A stretch of DNA of 10,842 nucleotides from Thermococcus sp. JdFR-02 (GCA_002009975.1 MTLP01000041.1:1-10842), one strand, 5' to 3'. Shown: positions 1 to 7,200, counted from the stretch's first letter. Program-made: numbers and translations. Notes: generated from the sequence alone by a model not told the origin.

Positions 1-91
1 GGCTACGGTTATTTTGGCAATGGGTGACGGAAGAAAAGCGGCAAAAGCAATACACGAATACCTCCAAAAGAAGGCGAAGAAAAGTGCTTGA
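1..91 (+). CDS. sudA: 3' end (partial) of a GltD-like NADPH-dependent oxidoreductase: sulfide dehydrogenase / ferredoxin:NADP+ oxidoreductase (Nfn) large subunit
   Basis: Frame from base 2 reads ATVILAMGDGRKAAKAIHEYLQKKAKKSA* (TGA 89-91). This matches the C-terminal 'TVxxAMxxGRxAAxxIxxYL' motif of GltD/SudA proteins. Not in the ORF track. Confidence 0.8.
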   Translation, partial: ATVILAMGDGRKAAKAIHEYLQKKAKKSA

Positions 92-106
92 CTCTCTTTT
101 TATTTT
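92..106 (+). terminator. Archaeal oligo-T/pyrimidine terminator
   Basis: ctctctttttatttt directly after the stop at 91, between convergent genes. Confidence 0.55.
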
Positions 107-633
107 CATAGATAAATTACTTCTTTTGTCATTAAGTCTTCAATTAACTTTTTTACCCACTGCTGCTTTGTCCTGCTTGAAATATGGATAATTCCATTAA
201 CATTGACACCATAAAGTTCTTTCATCTTCTCTCTATCTATGGGCTCTTTAAACAAGAAGGGCTTTTCTATTGTGAATGCGTAACCATAATCACCTACATA
301 CCGCTTCAACCACCGTTTACCCTCTTCCTCACCATAAACAAAGGCTAAACCACTTGTATCTTTAGTAAGCTCCCACAAAGTTTTAAAATCTGCTTTTATA
401 GCCTCTCCAACTTCAAAACCACCAGCAATAGTGCCTCTTTTTGTTAAAAGCTGCTCTTCATTTAATCCAAGCTTTTCAAGAGTCCATTTTAAAACATTTA
501 AATTTCCTCGTGCAATATAAAGAAAAACTATGTCCCCTTCCCTAAAGACCTTTGAGCGTCTAATTTCATGGCTTTTTAAACCTCTAAAAATCAGCTCTCC
601 ATAAACTTGATGCAAAGCAATAACATGCTCCAT
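106..633 (-). CDS. ASCH (PUA-like fold) domain protein
   Basis: N-terminus MEHVIALHQVYGELIFRGLKSHEIRR...EGDIVFLY contains the ASCH GxKxxExR and GD motifs. Start moved from 657 to ATG 633 because a GGTG RBS lies just upstream and the predicted promoter would start transcription near 648. Confidence 0.75.
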   Translation of the reverse strand: MEHVIALHQVYGELIFRGLKSHEIRRSKVFREGDIVFLYIARGNLNVLKWTLEKLGLNEEQLLTKRGTIAGGFEVGEAIKADFKTLWELTKDTSGLAFVYGEEEGKRWLKRYVGDYGYAFTIEKPFLFKEPIDREKMKELYGVNVNGIIHISSRTKQQWVKKLIEDLMTKEVIYL

Positions 634-670
634 ATCCAACACCCAAAACCAATACAACCTATAGGTTTAG

Positions 671-688
671 TTTATAAAGGTTTTGTTC
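671..688 (-). promoter_or_regulatory. BRE/TATA promoter for the ASCH gene
   Basis: Minus strand reads gaacaaaacc-TTTATAAA, about 38 nt upstream of ATG 633. Confidence 0.6.
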
Positions 689-729
689 TAAAAAAGTTTA
701 CTTATTTATCAAGTATTGTAAAAGATTTG

Positions 730-746
730 CATAAAATTTTTAAATT
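730..746 (+). promoter_or_regulatory. Putative BRE/TATA promoter for the CPA2 antiporter gene
   Basis: cataaaa-TTTTTAAAT about 35 nt upstream of GTG 780; RBS gggggtg at 768-774. Confidence 0.45.
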
Positions 747-779
747 AACCAAAATCTTTCCATAGTAGGGGGTGCATTT

Positions 780-1898
780 GTGAACATAATAGGGTATGTA
801 TTTATTATAATTGCCATAGCAAGACTCTTTGCAGAATTCTTTGAGCGCTTTGGGTTACCTGGATTTATAGGAGAGATAATAACAGGCTTACTTGTAGGTT
901 TAATGATGCCAAATTTGCCAAGGGAAGAGCTTAACCTGCTTGCAGAATTTGGCTTCTTCTTCCTCATGGTGTATGCTGGATTAGAGCTAACCCCTGAAGA
1001 AGTCCATTATGGAGGAAAAAAAGCACTCCCCATTTATATAATCACTTACTTATTCATGCTCCTAGTTTCCACACCTTTCACAAATGGTATAAACATGGAA
1101 AGTTTGCTAGTGGCGTCAATACTCTCTATAGCCTCCGCACCCTTAGTTTTGAGGTTCTCAAGATTCTTTGGAAACGAGTTTTTGCACGTTGCACTATCTT
1201 ATGCTGTTATAAGCGAAATTTCAGCCCTTGTATTGCTCTATCTTTTAACAAATTTCTATCTTCATCACAGCTACTATGAAATAGCACTTGAGCTTATCAA
1301 GGACATTCTATTCCTAGGAGTTGTGCTGGGTGTAAACTATGTAATTGAAATCAAGCATAAGGTTATGATAACGAAGTTCCTGAGAAGTTTAAAAAGTGAT
1401 GAAGCTGTCTTTGGGTTGCTGATGATTGTAGCCACCTCCTTGGCTTTATTGAGCGAGAGTATTGGCTTACACTTTAGTGTAGGAGCGTTTTTTGCTGGAT
1501 TAATAATTCACAGTGACTTAGTCGGCACAAAGCAATTTAAGAGAGTTCAAACTATTGTCTCTGGAGTTACTTATGGGATCTTTGCTCCAATATTCCTGGC
1601 ATGGCGTGGAATTAACTTTAGAGCAGAATTTTCATTAGATATCTTTTATTTCTTCATATTTGTCTATATAGTAAGGGTTCTGCTAACATCTGGGCTTACT
1701 TGGACAGATCATGTAAAGGCATCTCTACTTAGAGGAACTGGAATAGCAAGTTTTGGTGTTCTAGGACTATTAATCGGAGAATTAGGGTTTGAATATGGAA
1801 TCTTAGGAGAGCACATGTATGCTTTGGTCTCAATAGCAAGTATATTCGGTATTTTTATTTCAGCATTAATAGCCCGTATGTTGAGCAAAGAAGAATAA
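780..1898 (+). CDS. Cation:proton antiporter, CPA2 (Na_H_Exchanger) family, with no cytoplasmic RCK domain
   Basis: 372 aa, highly hydrophobic. Family motifs: ERFGLPGFIGEIITGLLVG, LAEFGFFFLMVYAGLE, GLHFSVGAFFAGL, FAPIF. Strong RBS. Confidence 0.85.
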   Translation: MNIIGYVFIIIAIARLFAEFFERFGLPGFIGEIITGLLVGLMMPNLPREELNLLAEFGFFFLMVYAGLELTPEEVHYGGKKALPIYIITYLFMLLVSTPFTNGINMESLLVASILSIASAPLVLRFSRFFGNEFLHVALSYAVISEISALVLLYLLTNFYLHHSYYEIALELIKDILFLGVVLGVNYVIEIKHKVMITKFLRSLKSDEAVFGLLMIVATSLALLSESIGLHFSVGAFFAGLIIHSDLVGTKQFKRVQTIVSGVTYGIFAPIFLAWRGINFRAEFSLDIFYFFIFVYIVRVLLTSGLTWTDHVKASLLRGTGIASFGVLGLLIGELGFEYGILGEHMYALVSIASIFGIFISALIARMLSKEE

Positions 1899-1910
1899 AA
1901 AGGTTAATAT
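1897..1910 (+). promoter_or_regulatory. Possible internal BRE/TATA promoter for the mnh operon
   Basis: aaaaagGTTAATAT ends 22 nt before ATG 1933, which fits a leaderless or short-leader transcript. Confidence 0.4.
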
Positions 1911-1932
1911 CTAAAAGGGGAGAGTTTATACT

Positions 1933-2538
1933 ATGAGTCGACGAACTCTTTATTTAAGACAACGTCTTGAGACAATTAAAGAGAGAACCTTGTTTGAAAT
2001 AAACGTATCCCAAGAGTTGCCTAATTGGGAGAAAATAGTGATTACGTGGGTGGCTCTGTTCATCTTTTGGATTGTAATTAGCGGAAACACGAGAACTGAG
2101 AACATTATAATGGGCGCAATTGCAACGCTGATTACAGCGTCATTTATGAAAGACCTACTAACAGACGACATACGCTATAGAGGGCATTTAATAGAAAAGA
2201 TTCTCAGCTTTGCATTTCTACATGCTCCTCAATACATCTTTATAATGATCTTCCGTCTAATAGAAAGTAACTTCAAAGTAGCAAAGCATGCCCTATTAAT
2301 GGACATAAACCCAGGCATAGTGAAAATTAAGACAAATTTACACTCTGACACTGGGATAACAATTTTAGCAAACTCCATAACCTTAACCCCCGGAACCCTA
2401 ACGATAGATGTTGATAAAAAGCTTGGTGAGGCTTATCTTTATGTTCACTGGATAGATGTTAAAACTTTGAATAGAGACAAAGCTGGAGAAATGATAAAGG
2501 GGGATTTGGAAGAGTGGTTGAAGAAAATATTTTGGTAG
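1933..2538 (+). CDS. mnhE: Multisubunit Na+/H+ antiporter subunit E (MbhA-like)
   Basis: INPGIV and LANSITLTPGTLTIDV...LYVHWI signature of MnhE; about 30-aa hydrophilic N-terminal extension. Confidence 0.92.
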   Translation: MSRRTLYLRQRLETIKERTLFEINVSQELPNWEKIVITWVALFIFWIVISGNTRTENIIMGAIATLITASFMKDLLTDDIRYRGHLIEKILSFAFLHAPQYIFIMIFRLIESNFKVAKHALLMDINPGIVKIKTNLHSDTGITILANSITLTPGTLTIDVDKKLGEAYLYVHWIDVKTLNRDKAGEMIKGDLEEWLKKIFW

Positions 2539-2798
2539 ATCCCTTTGGATGGGGCGTATTAATACTCATAGGGACAAGCTTACTCCTAACGTACCGCGTA
2601 CTCTTTGGACCAACACTAGCCGATAGAGTTGTGGGACTGAACACAATAACAACCAAATTAGTCGTTATAATTGCAATCTTAGCCGCTCTTAGAAGGGAAT
2701 TCATGCTAATAGATCTCGCAATTGTCCTACTTATGGTCAATACGGTTGGAGCTTTAATAATTGCCAAGTACTTAGAGAGGAGGGGAAAGAATGATTGA
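2532..2798 (+). CDS. mnhF: Multisubunit Na+/H+ antiporter subunit F (MbhB-like)
   Basis: RVLFGPTLADRVVGLN and IDLAIV...AKYLE motifs. Start is probably TTG 2532, overlapping the mnhE end; GTG 2514 is the alternative. Confidence 0.88.
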   Translation: MVDPFGWGVLILIGTSLLLTYRVLFGPTLADRVVGLNTITTKLVVIIAILAALRREFMLIDLAIVLLMVNTVGALIIAKYLERRGKND

Positions 2799-3108
2799 AT
2801 ACTTGCTTTTAACCCTTGGAGTGTTAATAATGATATTTGGCGCAATTGGGATCCTTCGTTTTCCAGATGTATATACAAGACTCCATGCAGCTACAAAATG
2901 CGATACCGGTGGAGCTATGAACATTTTGTTAGCCTTGGCAATATCAATTGAAGCTCCACTATTAACCAAGCTCAAACTCCTTGTGTTGGCTTTCCTAATA
3001 GCCTTGATAAATCCGATGATCTCCCACGCAATTGCGAGGGGAGCGTATAAATCAGGTATAAAACCCCAAACACCCGTGGTGGATATGTATGCTTGGGATA
3101 ATCCATGA
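2791..3108 (+). CDS. mnhG: Multisubunit Na+/H+ antiporter subunit G (MbhC-like)
   Basis: GILRFPDVYTRLHAATK and NPMISHAIARGAY are MnhG signatures; RBS gagggg. Confidence 0.93.
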   Translation: MIEYLLLTLGVLIMIFGAIGILRFPDVYTRLHAATKCDTGGAMNILLALAISIEAPLLTKLKLLVLAFLIALINPMISHAIARGAYKSGIKPQTPVVDMYAWDNP

Positions 3109-3319
3109 AATACTCCTAATAGCAATGATCATTTTAGCAATAGCCGCTGTAGAGGAGAAAGACCTAATTAACGCTCTGATGAAATTCGCCGCATTAAGTT
3201 TAGCTTTTATACTCGTGTTATTTCAACTAAATGCTCCCGATGTTGCACTCTCTGCTATAGTCGTAGGTGCGATAGTTATTGGAATATTCCTCTTTACAAT
3301 TGAGGAGGTTCAAAAGTGA
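3089..3319 (+). CDS. Mrp small subunit, DUF4040 / MbhD-like (equivalent to part of the MrpA C-terminus)
   Basis: Three hydrophobic segments, KDLINA and APDVALS motifs, and operon position after mnhG (20-nt overlap). Confidence 0.82.
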   Translation: MLGIIHEILLIAMIILAIAAVEEKDLINALMKFAALSLAFILVLFQLNAPDVALSAIVVGAIVIGIFLFTIEEVQK

Positions 3320-3567
3320 GGACTAAGCAAATACTCGGATTAATAATTGTTTTAGGAATCTTAGCTTTGCTTTTACAGTTAGATTACTCCAAAGTAGAAG
3401 GAGGGAGCTATGAGTACTACATCAATAACTGGAAAGAAATTGGAGTCCCAAACTTGGTTACAGCTATTCTGGCAGATTGGAGAGGCTACGACACTTTAGG
3501 CGAAGCTACAATTCTGTTTACTGCCATAATAGGTGTTTATACCCTATTAGGGGTGAAGAAAAAGTGA
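3316..3567 (+). CDS. Mrp small subunit, MbhE-like (MnhB-related / MrpA C-terminal part)
   Basis: PNLVTAILADWRGYDTLGEA matches the NxVxAIxxDxRGxDTLGE motif; GTGA start/stop overlap. Confidence 0.85.
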   Translation: MRTKQILGLIIVLGILALLLQLDYSKVEGGSYEYYINNWKEIGVPNLVTAILADWRGYDTLGEATILFTAIIGVYTLLGVKKK

Positions 3568-3569
3568 GA

Positions 3570-3986
3570 ATGACCTTAATAGTTAGAACAACTACAAAGT
3601 TAGTGAGCCCCTTCATGGTGACCTACGCTGCTTATTTGATGCTCTATGGACATTTAAGTCCTGGAGGAGGATTTCAAGCCGGGGTAATTTTAGCTGTTAG
3701 TGTAATTTTGCTCATCACATCACATGGATATAAGAGAGTAAAGAGGAAGTTCAGACTTAAAGAGGTCTCCCTCATAGAATCAGCCTCTGCAATAACGGTT
3801 ATAATGCTTGCAATAGCTGGAATCATCTTTGGTAGCTTCTTCTATAATTTCCTTCGAGGAGGAGAATTTGGCTCTTTGATAAGCGGCGGGATTATTCCTA
3901 TATTTAATATCGCAATTGGATTAAAAGTCGGAGCTGGATTTGCACTGTTATTTTATATACTCTTGAGGTGGGTGGAAAGTGATTGA
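3570..3986 (+). CDS. mnhB: Multisubunit Na+/H+ antiporter subunit B (MbhF-like)
   Basis: GHLSPGGGFQAG signature and NIAIGLKVG. Start set at ATG 3570, 2 nt after the upstream stop; the ORF-track extension from 3477 lies inside the previous gene. Confidence 0.9.
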   Translation: MTLIVRTTTKLVSPFMVTYAAYLMLYGHLSPGGGFQAGVILAVSVILLITSHGYKRVKRKFRLKEVSLIESASAITVIMLAIAGIIFGSFFYNFLRGGEFGSLISGGIIPIFNIAIGLKVGAGFALLFYILLRWVESD

Positions 3987-4272
3987 TGCAGAAATAACTG
4001 GAATAATTTTAATATTGATAGGGCTTTATGGAATAATAACGAAGTCAAATTTAATCAAACAGATTTTATCGCTCAATATACTTTCAATAGGCGTTGTTCT
4101 ATTTTTCGTTGGAACTGGATACGTTAAAGGAGCGGATATCCCAATAATGCCAAGGGCAAAGGTTGTTGATCCTTTACCAGCAACCCTAATGCTCACGACT
4201 TTAGTTGTAGATGTCGCAATAACAGCTCTTGCTTTAGCTCTGATATTGAGAATAAGGGGGGAAGAAAAGTGA
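3979..4272 (+). CDS. mnhC: Multisubunit Na+/H+ antiporter subunit C (MbhG-like)
   Basis: GLYG...NLIK and VDPLPATLMLTTLVV motifs; RBS gggtgg. Confidence 0.9.
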   Translation: MIDAEITGIILILIGLYGIITKSNLIKQILSLNILSIGVVLFFVGTGYVKGADIPIMPRAKVVDPLPATLMLTTLVVDVAITALALALILRIRGEEK

Positions 4273-5798
4273 TTTCATTAATGGTAGCTCTGCCTTTGCT
4301 TTTTGCATTCTTCCTATCTCTGATATCAACATTTAAGCTGGACAAAAAATTCGCTAAACCTTTATTTATAGCTGGTTCTTTAATTCCCTGGCTGTTCTTG
4401 CTCATTAGCCTAAAAAGCTCCCCTTTTTATGAAATCGTTGGTGGATGGAGTAGGGAGGGAGGAATTGAGATAGGATTAAACGACTATAACCTTTATTTCC
4501 TCCTTGCAGAGCTAATAGTTTTTAGTGCTGCAGCTTTATACTCTCTAAAATACTTCACAAACAACACTGGAAAAGTCTATGCTCTCCTTTTGCTAATGCA
4601 TGCTGGACTAATTGGGAGCTTTATAAGTAAAGATTTTTTCAATTATTACATCTACATGGAAATTGCTTCGGTATCTGCATTTGCGTTGGTTGGAATATCA
4701 GAGGAGAAGCACGCTAAAACAGCCGCCTTTAAATACTTGATTTTCTCCCTACTTGCTTCATATCTATTTATCTTCGCAATTGGAATTATCTATTTAAAAA
4801 CAGGCTATCTAAATGCTGAACTAATCAAAGAGAATCTCATAATTACAAAAGAAATAGACATTGCACTGGTTATAGCGTTTATATCCCTAATACTAAAGGC
4901 TGGAATTTTCCCACTCTATTTTTGGCTACCTGATGCACATGCAAAAGCTCCAAATCCAATAAGTGCTCTGCTTTCAGGCATAGTTGTTAAGTCTCCAATC
5001 TACGGAATGCTTCTTATACATGAAACTTTCTCAGTAAATGCTAATCTCATGATGCTTTTGAGGATTATAGCCTTCGCTTCTGTGTTTTTTGGAATTGTCC
5101 TCATGATACTTCAGAGGAATGTTAAGAGACTTTTAGCATATTCTACAGTCTCTCAAATGGGGTATATATTGCTAAGCCTTTCAATAAACAGCACTTTGGG
5201 AGTGATTTACTATTCCTTTGCTCACTCACTCTTTAAGTCTGGATTATTCCTAAGTGCTGGAGCGTTAATAGATTCCCAGAAAAGCAAAAATTTAAAGAAA
5301 TTAACCTATAGAGGAGAGCCTTTACTAATGGTGTCAATTCTTGGACTGAGCCTTGCAATTGGTGGTATTTCTCCCTTCGTTGGTTCTTATGCCAAGAATA
5401 TAATTCTAAAGGGATTAACGGATTACTGGGTTTATTTATTCTACATTGCAAATGTGGGAACTCTAACTTCCTTTATTAAAATGAACTATTACTTAGCTAA
5501 GCCAAAAGAGGTCAAAGCTAAGAGCAGATCATTGTATAAAGCTTTATCTTTCATCATGATGCTTCTAACACTCACATTTGGTATATATTTCGGAGCAGAA
5601 ATAAAGCTTATTAGCGATGTTTTAAGCATTGGAATTGCATTAATACTCTTTGTAATCCTAAAGCGTTTTAATGTCTTCGAAATCGAGCTAAAACCAAAAT
5701 TCGAGAGAAGTATGAAAGGTATAGCAGAGGAAATAAATTTCTATGCTGGCATGTTTGGAATTGTTTTCTTAATCTTCTTATTGCTCTCTTTCTTTTGA
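4269..5798 (+). CDS. mnhD: Multisubunit Na+/H+ antiporter subunit D (MbhH / NuoN-like proton-conducting membrane subunit)
   Basis: DFFNYYIYMEI, AAFKYL, KAGIFPLYFWLPDAH, SALLSGIVVK, KRLLAYSTVSQMGY, HSLFKS. Confidence 0.92.
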   Translation: MISLMVALPLLFAFFLSLISTFKLDKKFAKPLFIAGSLIPWLFLLISLKSSPFYEIVGGWSREGGIEIGLNDYNLYFLLAELIVFSAAALYSLKYFTNNTGKVYALLLLMHAGLIGSFISKDFFNYYIYMEIASVSAFALVGISEEKHAKTAAFKYLIFSLLASYLFIFAIGIIYLKTGYLNAELIKENLIITKEIDIALVIAFISLILKAGIFPLYFWLPDAHAKAPNPISALLSGIVVKSPIYGMLLIHETFSVNANLMMLLRIIAFASVFFGIVLMILQRNVKRLLAYSTVSQMGYILLSLSINSTLGVIYYSFAHSLFKSGLFLSAGALIDSQKSKNLKKLTYRGEPLLMVSILGLSLAIGGISPFVGSYAKNIILKGLTDYWVYLFYIANVGTLTSFIKMNYYLAKPKEVKAKSRSLYKALSFIMMLLTLTFGIYFGAEIKLISDVLSIGIALILFVILKRFNVFEIELKPKFERSMKGIAEEINFYAGMFGIVFLIFLLLSFF

Positions 5799-7200
5799 AA
5801 GCCTTGCCTTTCTGGAGATGCAGTAATTTTAAAGCAATATCTTAAGCAGAAAAACGATACTCTTTTAAAGCCTAAAAATCATACCATATATTGAGATGAA
5901 GAGAACAATAACAGTAAAGCTCCAAGCTTCAAAAGAGACTGAAAGAATTCTCTTCCAGCTAGCCGACACTGGAGCAAAAGCCTGGAACGAGATAAACTAT
6001 CTTCGCAGACAACAATTCTTCAACCACAAGCCAGTAAACTTCAACATAACCGAGAAGACAGTTTATGAGAAGTACAAAAAAGAAATCGGCTCAGCAACGG
6101 TTCAACAAATTTGCAGGAAAAACACCGAAGCTTGGAAGAGTTTCTTCACTCTAATCAAAAAGAAAAAGAATAAAGAACTGCCAAAGTGGCTGAAGCCAAG
6201 GCCACCAAACTACCAGAAGGAGAACGGCAAGAGAAAACCGTTAATAGTTTTGAGGAATGACCAGTACAGGATTGAGGGGAACAGGTTAATCCTCAAGGGG
6301 CTTGGAAAATTTGGGAAGTTGGAAGTTCAGTTTAAGGGCAGAATTCATTTGAAAGGCAAACAGGGACGCTTGGAGATTATTTATGATGAGGTTAAGCGGA
6401 AGTGGTATGCTCACGTTAGCTTTACGGTTGAGGGGAAGTTAGTTAAGAATGAGTGGATTAAAGTTCCGAGAAAGCCTTTGAGCAACCTGACAGCTGGAAT
6501 TGACTTGGGGGTAAACAACCTAATGGCTGTTTATATTGAAAACGGTGAAGGCTTCCTGGTCAATGGGAGACCATTAAAATCAATAGCTTTCTACTGGCAG
6601 AGGAGAATTGCCGAATATCAGTCAAGACTTAGCAAATCGGGTTGCAAAACTTCGAGAAAGTTAAAGGGAATGCATTTGAAGGCAAAACTCCAAGCAAAAC
6701 ACTATATTAACACTGCTGTCAGGCAAACTGTTGAAAGATTCTATTACTCGGGCGTTAGTAAAATTGTAGTCGGTTATCCTAAGGAAATTGCGAGAAACTC
6801 TAACAAGGGTAAACGGCAGAATTTCATCGTCTCTCATGTCTGGCGCTTTAACACAATAATTCAAAGGTTGAAGGAAGTGGCTGAGGAGTATGGTATTCAG
6901 GTCTCGCTTGTTAATGAGGCTTTCACTTCTAAAACTTGTCCCTTCTGCGGGAAGCCCCATAATGGGGCTCGCTTTGTCAGGGGCTTATTCAAGTGTCTCG
7001 CAGAAGGGCTTGTAATGAATGCCGACTTAGTTGGAGCGTTTAATATTTTGAAAAAAGCAGTGGAAACTATAACCCCGAGCCTGCCGGGTTTAACGGCAGG
7101 TAGGGGTAATGGGGGCAAGACCGTCCCTGAGGAGCTAAGAAGCCTAACTAGAGGATTTGATGAAGCTCCTCAAACCTTCCCGTCCACGGCGAGGAGGTCA
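5799..7200 (+). mobile_element. Non-autonomous IS200/IS605-family (IS1341-like, tnpB-only) element
   Basis: tnpB ORF with no tnpA. Left-end-like sequence aagccttgcc...gatgcagtaa follows TTGA (5795-5798); right end is ...gaggaggTCA(G). No target-site duplication or terminal inverted repeat, as expected for the family. Boundaries are uncertain by a few nt. Confidence 0.75.
5855..5870 (+). promoter_or_regulatory. TATA-like promoter of tnpB (probably leaderless)
   Basis: cgatactc-TTTTAAAG ends 25 nt before ATG 5896, with no clear RBS. Confidence 0.5.

Noticed and set aside
658-779. SurR site (GTT-N3-AAC) in the divergent promoter
   Set aside because: Only near-matches such as gttctaaaa; no exact motif.
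740-967. 75-aa minus-strand ORF
   Set aside because: Antisense shadow of the CPA2 gene with no recognisable motif.
1950-3125. Minus-strand ORFs 1950-2171, 2459-2878 and 2772-3125
   Set aside because: Antisense to well-supported mnhE/F/G; typical shadows of hydrophobic genes.
4193-5451. Minus-strand ORFs 4193-4405 and 5233-5451
   Set aside because: Antisense to mnhC/mnhD, short, no motifs.
1933-5798. Calling the cluster a membrane-bound hydrogenase (mbh/mbx)
   Set aside because: No hydrogenase, Fe-S or NuoH-like genes follow; only the antiporter module is present.
6661-7118. Minus-strand ORFs 6661-6960 and 6897-7118 as a possible tnpA
   Set aside because: No HUH/Tyr or serine-recombinase motifs; they lie wholly within tnpB.
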